Below, in pieces: positions 20,141-31,076 of a stretch of DNA of 64,000 bases. The stretch comes from Candidatus Thalassarchaeaceae archaeon (GTDB lineage Archaea; Thermoplasmatota; Poseidoniia; Poseidoniales; Thalassarchaeaceae), in assembly GCA_030747485.1 (NCBI GenBank), contig JASLKP010000005.1, positions 6,006-70,005 on the forward strand, read 5' to 3'. The notes under the pieces were generated by a model that ran no database searches, was not told where the DNA came from, and saw only the letters and a list, made by a program, of their open reading frames with translations. Both the position numbers and the translations under genes were made by a program. Position 1 is the first letter of the stretch, and each line of letters opens with the position of its first letter.

Positions 20141-20892
20141 GCAGCCAAATCATCATCAAACCGATTGAAGGGTAGCGCATCGAAAGTTTCGATATTCGGA
20201 GAATTGAGTGAAATATTGTGCGTCAGTGCTTCTTCAATTGTCACCCAATCTGGAGTTGAACCATCAATCCAATCGTAACGATGGCCAGGAATCAATCTCC
20301 AATCACTTGGAAGTGATTCCAATACGCTTCTTGCGTTTCGTAAACTTCGCCACTGAGCAGCGGGGTCGCTGCCAGGTAAATCTACGCGTCCTGAACGCAT
20401 GGTGAATAACAAATCACCAGCCACATAGACCCCATGTCCGTGAAATGTCACATGACCAGGGGCATGTCCAGGTGAATGGATGACTGAAAGAGAAATGTTT
20501 CCTGCAGTCCAATCCACAGATTCATCAGGTAAATGTTTCCAAACGTGTGTGAAATCAGTTCGACGGAAAATGATTCGACCAAGAATACTGGGGCTCACTG
20601 AATCCTCATGACCCCATACTTCGATTTCAGGGTAGACTTTTCGAATTTGAGCGACACCATGTGTATGATCTCGATGAGTATGTGTCAACAGAATATGAGA
20701 GGGTGTAATCTCTTCTTTTTCCAATGCAGAAAGCCATCCCTTACCATCCCACGGATCGACGATAATTGCAACATTATTTTCACGATTAATGAATGCAATA
20801 TTCATATTGGCAAAAGGCCCCATTTGAGCAATCCAAATTTCGACACCATCGTGTGAAATTGAGACTTCAAAATCTCCCTTTGCTAGGACCAT
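20137..20892 (-). CDS. MBL-fold metallo-hydrolase (glyoxalase II-like)
   Basis: THTHRDH, SPGHAPGH, AGDLLF, PGH. Confidence 0.9.
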   Translation of the reverse strand: MVLAKGDFEVSISHDGVEIWIAQMGPFANMNIAFINRENNVAIIVDPWDGKGWLSALEKEEITPSHILLTHTHRDHTHGVAQIRKVYPEIEVWGHEDSVSPSILGRIIFRRTDFTHVWKHLPDESVDWTAGNISLSVIHSPGHAPGHVTFHGHGVYVAGDLLFTMRSGRVDLPGSDPAAQWRSLRNARSVLESLPSDWRLIPGHRYDWIDGSTPDWVTIEEALTHNISLNSPNIETFDALPFNRFDDDLAA

Positions 20893-21007
20893 AGTTGGGC
20901 CAAGACAGGGGGCCGAATAGATATTTGTGGCAACATTGGCCCCCCTTAGGGGGTGCCAATGGGTTCAAACGGGAGTGGTGCATTCCGAAATTACTGGGGG
21001 ACAGCGT

Positions 21008-23638
21008 ATGCGAGGTGAATTGAGTGGCCGCGCGATTGTACCAATGCTACTCATTGGAATGCTTGTACTTGTTCCATTTTCATCTGTAAGTGGTGAAATC
21101 TCTTCAAATGGATTGGAATTAGTCATCGAAATTGATGATCAAAATGGTGCGCTCTATCACACAAATGAGGCCCCACTTGAATTGACTGTGAAAATACAAA
21201 ATCACGGAGATGTCAGTCGAGAAGTGACATACAATCCTGCTTGTCCATTCAATTTAGTCATACATTCTGACAGTTGGTCGTATGACCTCGATGAAGACAG
21301 AATCTGCCCTACACAAGAGCGTGCAATCACCATCCAACCAGGTCAAACTCGAGTCATTTCTACATTGAATTGGGATTGGGCTGATGCACCAAGTGGCACA
21401 CTGATTCTTGAATTTGAACAACCAGAATCATCACTTGCTACAATTTCAACTGTTGAATATCATTCAATCATTGGAATGCCTGAACATTTAGAATTACAGG
21501 CAGTGTTAGGTGAAACCATTGGTGAACAGATCGGACACACTGATTCAATGCCAGCCATGTTCCACTTGAAATTGGTCAACACAGGTGACGAAGTAGTCGA
21601 GGTGCCTTTTGATGAATCATGTCATATCCTGATGACGATTGATGAACTGGTTCGTTCACTCACAAAGGTTGGGTGTGGGGGTGGTATCCTTGATGCTGGA
21701 GAAAGTGTTTCCCTCGGATGGACAAGTTGGAACTTCGACAATGTCGACGATGGTATGCACTCTATTGCATTCACAATGACCGGTGTTGAAGATGTAAGCA
21801 CAACAGTAGACACAATGTACACTCATAATCCATTCCCATCTCGACAGACGAACCTATTACCTAGCGTTAGTGTTGAGCTTGATGAGGAACTGAAGTGGCA
21901 ATTTAATGTAGAGAATGTTGAAGAGATTCCTGCAAAACTTGTCTTTGACAGTTTATGTATCACAGAGATGCATGTCATTTCACCCGAGGGTGGTATCGTA
22001 TACGATTCACGCACTGAACGTAATTGTCTATCCTCTGGAAGTCAACAACAAATCAAATCAGGTACAATTCATACATTGGAAAGCAATGTTTGGAATCTAC
22101 AAGATAGTAACGATTGTGAAATTAATGATGGATTGCACTTGTTGGTCATTACACAACCCGATTACAATCTAGTCTCGACGCAATCATTCGATTATGTTGG
22201 AGAGGGAACTGGTGATGAATGTCGAGCAGTTGCACAGGATTCATCGAACATTCGCTTTGCTGTCAACGATTTACAAATTCTAGATGCTGACTCTGTTGAT
22301 GAACGAATGTTATTTGATATACAACTTGAAAATCTTGGATTGGAGGATTTTGATATATACTGGGCCACTGATTGTTCTCTTGAAATTACAGTGAGTCAAC
22401 ATCAACATATCTACCGAACATGGAATCATGGTTGTGGAAACTCTGGACAAATACTCACTCTATCACCAAGCCAATCAGTTGTTTGGAGGGGGATAGAAGT
22501 CGCGTTTGTGGATGAGGGAGTAGCTCTTGAGAATGGCACATGGATCGTCACAATACGTTCAACATCTTCTCCAAATTTCTTCGTTGAGGCTGCGCATACA
22601 TACGATGGTCCTCACATTACTACTACCGATGTTGGAGACATTACAGAAGTCATTGAAATTGTGGATGAGAATCCAACACCTGAAGAAATTCCAAGTAATT
22701 TCATCCTTGAAGGGAAATGGCATTATGTTACTCAAACCAATCAGGGTTGTTGGCTCCTCACTGATTCAAGTGGAAGCGAACGCTCCTTTGTTGCACACAT
22801 GCAAGATGGACGATGGGCACCAATTCCGGGACTAACTGGAACCTACGATGTAGAGGAGACACCTGCTGCGGGAGACTGTGCTGCATGGACTGGCTTTGCA
22901 ATTCTTTCAACCATTGAGGAAGATGTACCAGCATCCATCATTGAAGAGCCTGTTGTCACTTCAAAACCAGTAGAGAGCCCTACTGAAGTTGTACTAGAGA
23001 GTGCACCCACTGTTGCTGCCGCTGTCGCGACCACCTCTCTGTCAATCATGGTCCTGTTATACATCACCAATACAGAATGGATTCGAATTTCTGCCCTTCA
23101 ATTGGGTATCGGTTTAGTTGGAATGGTACGCAAGACTCGAGAACATGATGGAGAATATCAACGGGGACGTATCATGGGTTACCTGACTGCGAATCCAGGT
23201 GTCCATTTCCGGGCATTGTTGGGAGCATTGAACATGAGTAATGGGCAATTAACTCATCATCTGAAGAGTCTTCAGGGTGAAGAAAGAGTATGGCGACGAA
23301 AAGATGGACGTCTTGTGCGATTCTATCCAGCGAGTATCCAACCATCCACTGAAGAGGATGATTTGCCCGTACCTCTACTCACACCAGATCCAAACAGTCT
23401 ACAAGGCAAGATTCTGAGACTCCTCGATGCAACTGAAAACGACATTGTAAATCTCAGTCAAAAAGAGTTAGCTGTTCGCCTAGAAGCAAGTCAACAATTG
23501 ATTAGTCACCATCTACGGACATTGGAAAAGTTCGGCCTCATTGAACGTGAAAAGGTCGGCATGAGATATCGGTATCAACTCACCCGAGAAGCAATCTTCT
23601 TGGTAAACAACAGTGAGTTCGAAGTTGACGGTGAATGA
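21008..23638 (+). CDS. Membrane-spanning protein with repeated Ig-like extracellular domains and C-terminal tandem winged-HTH
   Basis: Signal peptide, four N-G....C...C..I.PG..W modules, TM near aa 700, then RGRIMGYLTANPGVHFRAL..GQLTHHL and SQKELAVRLEASQQLISHHLRTLEKFGLI. Confidence 0.78.
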   Translation: MRGELSGRAIVPMLLIGMLVLVPFSSVSGEISSNGLELVIEIDDQNGALYHTNEAPLELTVKIQNHGDVSREVTYNPACPFNLVIHSDSWSYDLDEDRICPTQERAITIQPGQTRVISTLNWDWADAPSGTLILEFEQPESSLATISTVEYHSIIGMPEHLELQAVLGETIGEQIGHTDSMPAMFHLKLVNTGDEVVEVPFDESCHILMTIDELVRSLTKVGCGGGILDAGESVSLGWTSWNFDNVDDGMHSIAFTMTGVEDVSTTVDTMYTHNPFPSRQTNLLPSVSVELDEELKWQFNVENVEEIPAKLVFDSLCITEMHVISPEGGIVYDSRTERNCLSSGSQQQIKSGTIHTLESNVWNLQDSNDCEINDGLHLLVITQPDYNLVSTQSFDYVGEGTGDECRAVAQDSSNIRFAVNDLQILDADSVDERMLFDIQLENLGLEDFDIYWATDCSLEITVSQHQHIYRTWNHGCGNSGQILTLSPSQSVVWRGIEVAFVDEGVALENGTWIVTIRSTSSPNFFVEAAHTYDGPHITTTDVGDITEVIEIVDENPTPEEIPSNFILEGKWHYVTQTNQGCWLLTDSSGSERSFVAHMQDGRWAPIPGLTGTYDVEETPAAGDCAAWTGFAILSTIEEDVPASIIEEPVVTSKPVESPTEVVLESAPTVAAAVATTSLSIMVLLYITNTEWIRISALQLGIGLVGMVRKTREHDGEYQRGRIMGYLTANPGVHFRALLGALNMSNGQLTHHLKSLQGEERVWRRKDGRLVRFYPASIQPSTEEDDLPVPLLTPDPNSLQGKILRLLDATENDIVNLSQKELAVRLEASQQLISHHLRTLEKFGLIEREKVGMRYRYQLTREAIFLVNNSEFEVDGE

Positions 23639-23722
23639 GGTCTCAATCGTAGGACCTTTCAAGAATACATCCCAAAGTCGGACAACGTGCACCATAGGTG
23701 CACGCACATGTGAGGACGATTC

Positions 23723-26578
23723 ATGGAAGAGTACAATCCAAAAGCCATTGAGACTCACTGGCAGCATGCTTGGAGTGATGCAAAGGTGTCGGATTCTAAG
23801 GCCGACAAATCATTACCGAAATTCTACTGTCTAGAGATGTTTCCATATCCTAGTGGCCACATGCATATGGGGCATGTGAGAAATTACAGTATTGGAGATA
23901 GCATGGCTCGTTTCCGGAGATTAATGGGGTACAATGTGCTATACCCTATGGGATACGATTCATTTGGAATGCCCGCAGAAAATGCTGCGAAGAAAATTGG
24001 GGGGCACCCTCATGATGTAACTTGGTCAAACATCGAAAGTATTCGTGAAGATTTGAAGCGGATGGGATTCTCATACGATTGGCGTCGTGAATTGGCTACA
24101 TCAGACAAAGAGTACTATCGATGGAATCAATGGATTTTTCTGAAATTCCATGAAATGGGCTTGGTTGAACGACGTACTGCTCCAGTGAATTGGTGTGATG
24201 CGTGCGATACTGTTCTTGCCAATGAACAGGTGAAAAACAATCGCTGTTGGCGTTGCTCAGGAGAAGTGCGTCAGAAGGATATGGCGCAATGGTTTCTGAA
24301 AATGACAAAATATGCAGATGAACTCCTAGACGACCTTGAAGAGATTGGATTCCCTGAGAATGTAAAGGCAATGCAGCGTAACTGGATTGGTCGATCACAT
24401 GGTGCTGAAATTCACTTTCCAATTGTAGACAGTGATGATATCATTCAAGCATTTACGACAAGACCAGATACAATCTTTGGAGTAACGTTTGTCACTCTAG
24501 CACCAGAACATCCACTTTGTGAGACGTTGGTATCAGGTACTGAATTTGAGAGTGATTATCGTGAACTTGCAGATGAATGTGCACGAATGAGTGAATTTGA
24601 CCGAATCAATATGTTGCGAGATAAAAAAGGTGTTTTCTTAGGTCGATATGCAACGAATCCACTCACTGGTGATGCTATTCCCATTTATGCTGGAAATTTC
24701 GTTGTAGCCTCATATGGAACTGGTGCAGTGATGGCCGTACCTGGACATGACCAACGAGATCATGACTTTGCGAAAAAGTATGACATCCCAATCGCCCAAG
24801 TTCTAGCAGAAGAGGAAGGGCGAGAACCAAAACAAACAGGACGTGCGTTTGAGGGATTGGGATGGATGGTAAATTCAGGCAGAGATGGTTTTGACGGACT
24901 CTATGGGTCCGAGGCAAAGGCTGCTGTCATCTCTGCGTTAGAATCAGAACAAATGGGCTCGGGTACGATTCAATATCGTCTCAAGGATTGGTTGCTCAGT
25001 CGCCAACGATTTTGGGGTACACCTATCCCATTCATTCATTGTCCACAATGCGGAGTAGTACCTGTTCGTGAAGCTGACCTTCCTGTTGCACTACCTCTCG
25101 ATGTCACATTCAGCGAAGGACTATCGGGAAACCCACTTGCATCTCATGAAGGGTTTGTGAATACATCGTGTCCATCTTGTGGTACGGCTGCAAAGCGAGA
25201 AACTGACACAATGGATACATTCTATGATTCAAGTTGGTATTTTCTCAGATTTTGTGATGCCATGAATGCTGAAGAAGCATTCAACAAAGATGTCGTCGAT
25301 TATTGGATGGAGGGTGGCGTTGACCTATACATTGGTGGAATTGAGCACGCAGTCATGCATTTACTCTATGCAAGATTCTTCACCAAGGCGCTTCGTGATG
25401 CTGGACTAAATGATGTATCAGAACCATTCTCTAGGTTGGTATGTCAGGGCATGGTGAATGCTCCTGCTCCATTCTGTAGTGATTGTAATGTTGAGTATCA
25501 TGTTGAACATGATGGAAGAGATTGTCCAACATGTAGCAAGCCCCTAGGAACTAGATCTGCGAAGATGAGTAAGAGTCTAGGAAACACTGTCAGTCCCGAA
25601 ATTATGATTGAAAAATATGGAGCTGATACTGTTCGTCTATTCATTCTCTTTAGTGCCAATCCTGAGGCAGGTATGGATTGGTCTGATTCAGCAATTGAGT
25701 CTAATTTCAAACAAATGAAAGCAATTCACAGTGTCCCTTCACAAATTGCGACACTATCTGGTGCCTCAAGCCCCATGGATGACTGGTTACTTGCTCGAAC
25801 TCGCAGTAATATGATTCGCTGGTCTAATTCAATGATGGATGTGAGTCTAAGAGATGGTGTGATGGCGAGTCACTTCGACATGTTGACTGATTGGCAATGG
25901 TATTTGCGAAGAGGGGGGAATAACCGAGAAGTTGCTGAGTCATGCCTCTCTGTGTGGGCTTGTATGTTGTATCCCGCGACACCACACCTTGCTGAAGATT
26001 GGTGGTCATCACTTGGACACGATTCGATGCTTGCACAACATGTAGTTGAAATTCAAAATGAAATGGAATCTGATTGTGCTACTTTAGCAAAAGAACTGTA
26101 TCTGCGTAATGTAATCGATACTGCTCGTAATGTAAAACAACTCGCCGAACGACATGTCGATGGTGAATTGGAAATGATCGTCATTCAAACAGCCCCTGCT
26201 TGGAAACATGAATTGGTCAAGAGTGCGGTTCGAATGCATGCTGAAGATTTTGATTTCAAGGAAGGAGGAAACAAGTTCCTACAATCTCATCCTGTATTCC
26301 AAAATGATGAGATGCGTGGGGATGTGATGCAACTGTGGCGCAATGTGGTGGTTGGGCAAAAGAAACGCAGAGGGCGTGTACATACTTATTCAGACGGTCA
26401 ACGTGCACTTATTGAAACTCAATTTGACGAAACTGTATTCTTACTCGAAAATTCAGAATTTATTGGAAGGGCATTAGATATTGGAATGGTACAAATTCAT
26501 GTTTCTGGAGAGGGTGAAGACGTTGCTGGAAAGGCAAAGACAAGTATGCCACTTGAACCAGGTATTGCTTGGAGATGA
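23723..26578 (+). CDS. leuS: Leucine--tRNA ligase (bacterial type)
   Basis: MFPYPSG, HMGH, WLLSRQRFWGTPIP, GGIEHA, KMSKSLGN. Confidence 0.97.
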   Translation: MEEYNPKAIETHWQHAWSDAKVSDSKADKSLPKFYCLEMFPYPSGHMHMGHVRNYSIGDSMARFRRLMGYNVLYPMGYDSFGMPAENAAKKIGGHPHDVTWSNIESIREDLKRMGFSYDWRRELATSDKEYYRWNQWIFLKFHEMGLVERRTAPVNWCDACDTVLANEQVKNNRCWRCSGEVRQKDMAQWFLKMTKYADELLDDLEEIGFPENVKAMQRNWIGRSHGAEIHFPIVDSDDIIQAFTTRPDTIFGVTFVTLAPEHPLCETLVSGTEFESDYRELADECARMSEFDRINMLRDKKGVFLGRYATNPLTGDAIPIYAGNFVVASYGTGAVMAVPGHDQRDHDFAKKYDIPIAQVLAEEEGREPKQTGRAFEGLGWMVNSGRDGFDGLYGSEAKAAVISALESEQMGSGTIQYRLKDWLLSRQRFWGTPIPFIHCPQCGVVPVREADLPVALPLDVTFSEGLSGNPLASHEGFVNTSCPSCGTAAKRETDTMDTFYDSSWYFLRFCDAMNAEEAFNKDVVDYWMEGGVDLYIGGIEHAVMHLLYARFFTKALRDAGLNDVSEPFSRLVCQGMVNAPAPFCSDCNVEYHVEHDGRDCPTCSKPLGTRSAKMSKSLGNTVSPEIMIEKYGADTVRLFILFSANPEAGMDWSDSAIESNFKQMKAIHSVPSQIATLSGASSPMDDWLLARTRSNMIRWSNSMMDVSLRDGVMASHFDMLTDWQWYLRRGGNNREVAESCLSVWACMLYPATPHLAEDWWSSLGHDSMLAQHVVEIQNEMESDCATLAKELYLRNVIDTARNVKQLAERHVDGELEMIVIQTAPAWKHELVKSAVRMHAEDFDFKEGGNKFLQSHPVFQNDEMRGDVMQLWRNVVVGQKKRRGRVHTYSDGQRALIETQFDETVFLLENSEFIGRALDIGMVQIHVSGEGEDVAGKAKTSMPLEPGIAWR

Positions 26579-26933
26579 TGGGCTGCCAATCGTTCTTTTC
26601 GACGGGTTTTGCTCCACCTGTAATCGATGGGCTCAGTGGATTTCAAAACGTGATTCAAATCACGTGTTTGAGTTAATCGCACAAGACTCTCCTGAAGGTG
26701 ACAATGTAATGTCACAGTGTCCTGAAAAATTACGTTTAGTGGATTCTGTTTACATTGTTAACGGAGATTCTTGGCATGTGCGATCTAGTGCTGTATGTCG
26801 AATGCTTTGGGGACTCGGTATCCATTGGAGAATCATTGGGACGTTGCTATGGCTGATACCTAGGCCACTTCGAGATATGGGATACAATATATTCGCCAAA
26901 CGGAGGCATAGAATGGTGCCCTTGGATTCATGA
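26565..26933 (+). CDS. DCC family thiol-disulfide oxidoreductase (DUF393)
   Basis: IVLFDGFCSTCN, IPRPLRDMGYNIFAKRR; start uncertain. Confidence 0.85.
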   Translation: MLGDDGLPIVLFDGFCSTCNRWAQWISKRDSNHVFELIAQDSPEGDNVMSQCPEKLRLVDSVYIVNGDSWHVRSSAVCRMLWGLGIHWRIIGTLLWLIPRPLRDMGYNIFAKRRHRMVPLDS

Positions 26934-26957
26934 ACCTCCTCCCTCTGGCAATGAACA

Positions 26958-28088
26958 GTGAGTACAAAGAAGAATCCAAAATCGGGTTCTCCTCCCTCTG
27001 ATTCCAACGCTCCAAAGAAGGGTGCGTCCGGTTCGCGTAAGAAGCGAGGAGGTGGGAAGAGCCATCGTCAAAGAAGGCCAAAACGGAATAATGCATCGAA
27101 AGATGATGTGAAAGCACTGGACCAAGAGGCCATTATGCGAGCCAATGAGCGCTTCAAGAGAAATCCAAGACCCATGGGGCTTGAATCAGAAATTGATCCA
27201 CCTCCAAGAAATGTCAAACTAGAATGGGAACTCAATCCAGTTCCCAAATCAGTTGAACGTGAAGTACATGATATTGTCACAAAGCCTGGTGAATTCGGAT
27301 TTTTAGAAAATGATCGTGTTGATGAAATTGCTGAGCAACTAGGCAAGCGACCCATTACGCTGGAACAAGCATTGAGTCTACGAGCGGCGTTAAATCAAGA
27401 AAAAGCGGTATTCAGCCATGGCCGATTACAACGACGTGCACGAGAAATGCTAAGACGGTATGAGGGAGGAGAAAGTGTTCTTTCATTATCCAAACGTTTT
27501 GATTTCCCACCAGTGAACTTGTTTCGTGCAATTCTCAGTGCCAGAAATTGGTCCAAGAATCGAATCAAAGATACATTGAGGGAACCTGAAAAGAAACTCA
27601 ACAAACGCGATTTGAGTCAATTCCGGAAAGCAGAGGCTCAAGACAGGGTGACTCATGTTAATCAAAGTGAAACTCACCATGCTGCAGACCTATTTGAGAA
27701 AGTTCTCTGTGACCATTTCACAGCCAATGATATCCGATTTCGTACACAGACTGAACTTCTCAAAGAACAGGTGGCTGCTGAAGGGCGTCCGGTACGAACA
27801 CCTGATTTGTTAATGCTAGATCATGTCGAAATCAACGGAGTACCAGTAGCTTGGATTGATGCCAAGCACTTCTATGGAGCAAACCTTTCATTCCAACGAA
27901 AGAAGACTCAAAAACAAGTCAACCGTTATGTCGAGGAATGGGGGCATGGTGCCATTATCTATCGACATGGGTTCTGTGATGGGCTCAATTTGAAGGGAGC
28001 TATCAAATTAGATGCAAGTCCAATTGATTTAACTGAATTAATTGAACACAATAAACGATTCAATACTAATCGAGAGAGTGAAGATTGA
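26958..28088 (+). CDS. TPD-domain protein (C15orf41/CDIN1-like putative nuclease)
   Basis: FEKVL....FRTQ...RTPDLL....WIDAKHFYG....QVNRY...GHGAIIY..GF; long K/R-rich N-terminal tail. Confidence 0.78.
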   Translation: MSTKKNPKSGSPPSDSNAPKKGASGSRKKRGGGKSHRQRRPKRNNASKDDVKALDQEAIMRANERFKRNPRPMGLESEIDPPPRNVKLEWELNPVPKSVEREVHDIVTKPGEFGFLENDRVDEIAEQLGKRPITLEQALSLRAALNQEKAVFSHGRLQRRAREMLRRYEGGESVLSLSKRFDFPPVNLFRAILSARNWSKNRIKDTLREPEKKLNKRDLSQFRKAEAQDRVTHVNQSETHHAADLFEKVLCDHFTANDIRFRTQTELLKEQVAAEGRPVRTPDLLMLDHVEINGVPVAWIDAKHFYGANLSFQRKKTQKQVNRYVEEWGHGAIIYRHGFCDGLNLKGAIKLDASPIDLTELIEHNKRFNTNRESED

Positions 28089-29055
28089 GGGCATCGTCGA
28101 TGACTGAGGCCTCACTTGCACCAAGTCCCCGACCGATTAACGATTCAACGAGTGTTGTTTGCCAATCATCTGGCAATGGTTTGGAGAAATCCGTAGGCAA
28201 TATGATCACGCTTTCTCCAAGCATACACAAACGTGCCGCAATGGGTGAATCAATGAGACCTGCAGAAATGAGTGCACCGCCGACCAGATGAAGTAATTCA
28301 GTTCGTTCTGCATCTTTGATTAGACCTGAAAGGTCTGCAAAGGATGCACTCGCAGAGAGTAGTTCACTCCAACGACTCTCATCCCAGCGACCTTCGCGTA
28401 AACCAAACATGACTTGTTCGCCCGCAGCACGTATGGCTAATTTCCATTGGCCATCATCGATGTAACTTGATGTGTGTCTGCTTGCAGAAGTTCTCCAACA
28501 GACCACTACAGGAATATTCTTGAACCAAGAAACTACGGCACCTGACCCTCCTAAATCACCATGAAGTGGTGGGCAACCTGGTTCCAATCTGAGTTCCACA
28601 CCACCTGCATGTAAAGCAGAAACATCTCCCAGACCACCTGATAATTGACGTTCTACACGGTGGGCAATATGGATGGAACGCGCACGAGAAATATCTTCAG
28701 GTTCTCCCAAAGCTCTCTGCATCGATAATGCACAAGCGATGGCACCTGCGGCTGAAAGACCAAATCCTTGTGATCTAGGTAATGATAATGTTTGATTTAT
28801 TGTCCAATCAAATGAAAGTACTTCTGGGATGAAAGTACTCAATTCCTCCAGAACATGTTGATGTATTTTCTGACCGGATGGTGTCGTGGATGTCAGAATG
28901 CCATTACCCTCACTAGCATGTGCAATGATTTCAACGCCACGATCTAGAGCAAGGCCGGCCCCCCGACTACCTTGTTCAAGAAGAAATTCAGAATCATCAT
29001 GAATACTGAAAATCAAGGTGATGTGGCCACCCACACAGGCTCTTCCTTCCATCAT
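28066..29055 (-). CDS. Pantoate kinase (GHMP family)
   Basis: GHITLIF, GSRGAG, QGFGLSAAGA, AHRVE...GGLGDV...GG. Confidence 0.82.
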   Translation of the reverse strand: MMEGRACVGGHITLIFSIHDDSEFLLEQGSRGAGLALDRGVEIIAHASEGNGILTSTTPSGQKIHQHVLEELSTFIPEVLSFDWTINQTLSLPRSQGFGLSAAGAIACALSMQRALGEPEDISRARSIHIAHRVERQLSGGLGDVSALHAGGVELRLEPGCPPLHGDLGGSGAVVSWFKNIPVVVCWRTSASRHTSSYIDDGQWKLAIRAAGEQVMFGLREGRWDESRWSELLSASASFADLSGLIKDAERTELLHLVGGALISAGLIDSPIAARLCMLGESVIILPTDFSKPLPDDWQTTLVESLIGRGLGASEASVIDDALNLHSLD

Positions 29056-29097
29056 CAGCCCCCCGTAGGGATTCTTGGACTTGAGAGAATCGTTGCC

Positions 29098-29988
29098 TCA
29101 AAGTGCTTCATCCAACTGAGATGAAATCTCACTAAATCGAGTTGAAAGTACCTTCACTGCTTCAGTAAATGCTGTTCTTGCTGACATCGAACCATCGGTG
29201 TCGTAACTAAATAGGAACTCACCGGGAATTTCTTCGATTGTAATCGCATCACCAAAATCTTCGATGCGTTCGGTGCCATCGCCTACATGATGTAATTCTC
29301 GAATCAACTGCTCTACCTTAAGCACGTCATCTAATTTCTTGTCTTTGAAATCACTCTTTGTGATTGATAATTCAAGGTCCCAAAGTGCTTTGGCTTTCTG
29401 TGGCCGGGCAATGGTTGCCACTCTACGAGGTGTGAATGATACACCTGCAACTGGATTCCACTTTGCGTGTTCACTTCCACAACCTAGAATTGCAGTCGCA
29501 TAGAACTCAAGGTATTGTCCCGTAAACAATTTTGTAATTGGAATTGAATGATATGCCTCTGGAATCTTTAGTTTGTCTTCACCAAGAACCTTGAGGGAGC
29601 CTGCAGTGACAAGATGTCCTTCTGGTGTTCCTCGCTCATTACAATGGTAGATGATTTGGCTTGCAGGGCTTCCCCACTCTTCTTGTGGGAGACCTTCATT
29701 TGCAGGGTCATCTGCAAGGAAACAAAAATCGTCATGGAATGTAGGGATTGGCAACATTGCCAAACGATGTGCAATGACCTCGTCAGGAAGAGCACCTACT
29801 GATTCATACATTTCACCAGTTTGATCATCTTTGAATGTACCTAGTTCAAATCGAACCTTGTGGATTGCCATCTTCGGGACATCTGTCATCAATGTACGAC
29901 GAAGCGCATTTGCAAATGCTCGTCCACTCTTCTGCAACAACACTTTGATATGATTGTCACGTTCTTCAATGACCTTTATTTTCACCAT
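29098..29988 (-). CDS. rpoD: DNA-directed RNA polymerase subunit D (Rpo3)
   Basis: FANALRRTLMTDVPKMAI, DEVIAHRLAMLP, EHAKW; downstream of rps11. Confidence 0.95.
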   Translation of the reverse strand: MVKIKVIEERDNHIKVLLQKSGRAFANALRRTLMTDVPKMAIHKVRFELGTFKDDQTGEMYESVGALPDEVIAHRLAMLPIPTFHDDFCFLADDPANEGLPQEEWGSPASQIIYHCNERGTPEGHLVTAGSLKVLGEDKLKIPEAYHSIPITKLFTGQYLEFYATAILGCGSEHAKWNPVAGVSFTPRRVATIARPQKAKALWDLELSITKSDFKDKKLDDVLKVEQLIRELHHVGDGTERIEDFGDAITIEEIPGEFLFSYDTDGSMSARTAFTEAVKVLSTRFSEISSQLDEAL

Positions 29989-30003
29989 AATTATTCCTCC
30001 TAA

Positions 30004-30390
30004 TCATACTCGGCGGCCTCTTCGGCCACCCTTCTTCTTTGTACCATCGTGAGGAATAGGTGTTACATCCTCAATACGTGTAATCGTCATTCCTGCACGT
30101 GTAAGTGCCCGGATTGCTGCTTGTGCACCGGGTCCAGTATTCGGTGATTTATTTCCACCGACACCTCGATACTTGACAATAACTTGTGTGAAATCCTTCT
30201 CACGCAGCAAATCAGCGATTTGTTCTGCTGCACGGGTCGCAGCGAATTGACCACCAGCATCACTGGCTTTCTTCGTAACCTGTCCGCCACTAATCTTAGC
30301 CAATGTTTCCGCGCCAGTCAAATCAGTCGCTGTGAGTAGAACGTTGTTAAACGAACTGTAAATGTGTAGAACTGCTTTGTGAGACATCAT
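30004..30390 (-). CDS. rps11: 30S ribosomal protein uS11
   Basis: [38 protein letters not shown]. Confidence 0.97.
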   Translation of the reverse strand: MMSHKAVLHIYSSFNNVLLTATDLTGAETLAKISGGQVTKKASDAGGQFAATRAAEQIADLLREKDFTQVIVKYRGVGGNKSPNTGPGAQAAIRALTRAGMTITRIEDVTPIPHDGTKKKGGRRGRRV

Positions 30391-31064
30391 TCATCGCCTC
30401 CTTCAACAACTGTACTTTCCGCGTCTGGAGCCGCTTCTGCTCCCGCTGCAATACCGGCAACAAATTCTTCACTTGGCGCCTCTGTACCTGATTCCTCATC
30501 CTCTCCTGCACTCGCTCGAATTTCTTCAATTTCCTTGCGGATTGGATGCTCTGGATTTGTCAATGGTGAGGTGTGATGATATGTGAGGGTATTTTCGTCA
30601 TTCCGTGTAACCAGATAGCTCGGTACAGTCATCTTTTGAGCACCTACAGCGATATGTCCGTGGACCACCAATTGTCTTGCTTGACGCATAGATGAGGCTA
30701 GTCCCCGATAGTATACCTGACTTTGTAGACGGCGGTTCAACACATGATCCACCTCGACTTTGAGAATATCATCCAAGGTCGAGTTGTCACCCACTATTCC
30801 ACGTCGATGCAGTGAGTTAACGAGGTCCTCCTTTTCACGTGCATAATGTCCTTCAGATGAGTCAACTCTACCAATGAGTTTCATAGCGTTTTGACGCCAT
30901 CGGCGCAATTTGGATTTGGCCTTCCAAATCTCCTTCATTCCACCAACCTTCTTCAGGCCATATTGTTCTTTGAGTGCATGTTCTTCCTCGATACGAGTTT
31001 TCTTCCACGGATGTGTTGGAGTATCGTACTTTGGTCGTGCAAATTTTGGATGTCCCATATTCAT
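30387..31064 (-). CDS. rps4: 30S ribosomal protein uS4
   Basis: [32 protein letters not shown]; start may be 31058. Confidence 0.96.
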   Translation of the reverse strand: MNMGHPKFARPKYDTPTHPWKKTRIEEEHALKEQYGLKKVGGMKEIWKAKSKLRRWRQNAMKLIGRVDSSEGHYAREKEDLVNSLHRRGIVGDNSTLDDILKVEVDHVLNRRLQSQVYYRGLASSMRQARQLVVHGHIAVGAQKMTVPSYLVTRNDENTLTYHHTSPLTNPEHPIRKEIEEIRASAGEDEESGTEAPSEEFVAGIAAGAEAAPDAESTVVEGGDE

Positions 31065-31076
31065 TCACCTCCAATC

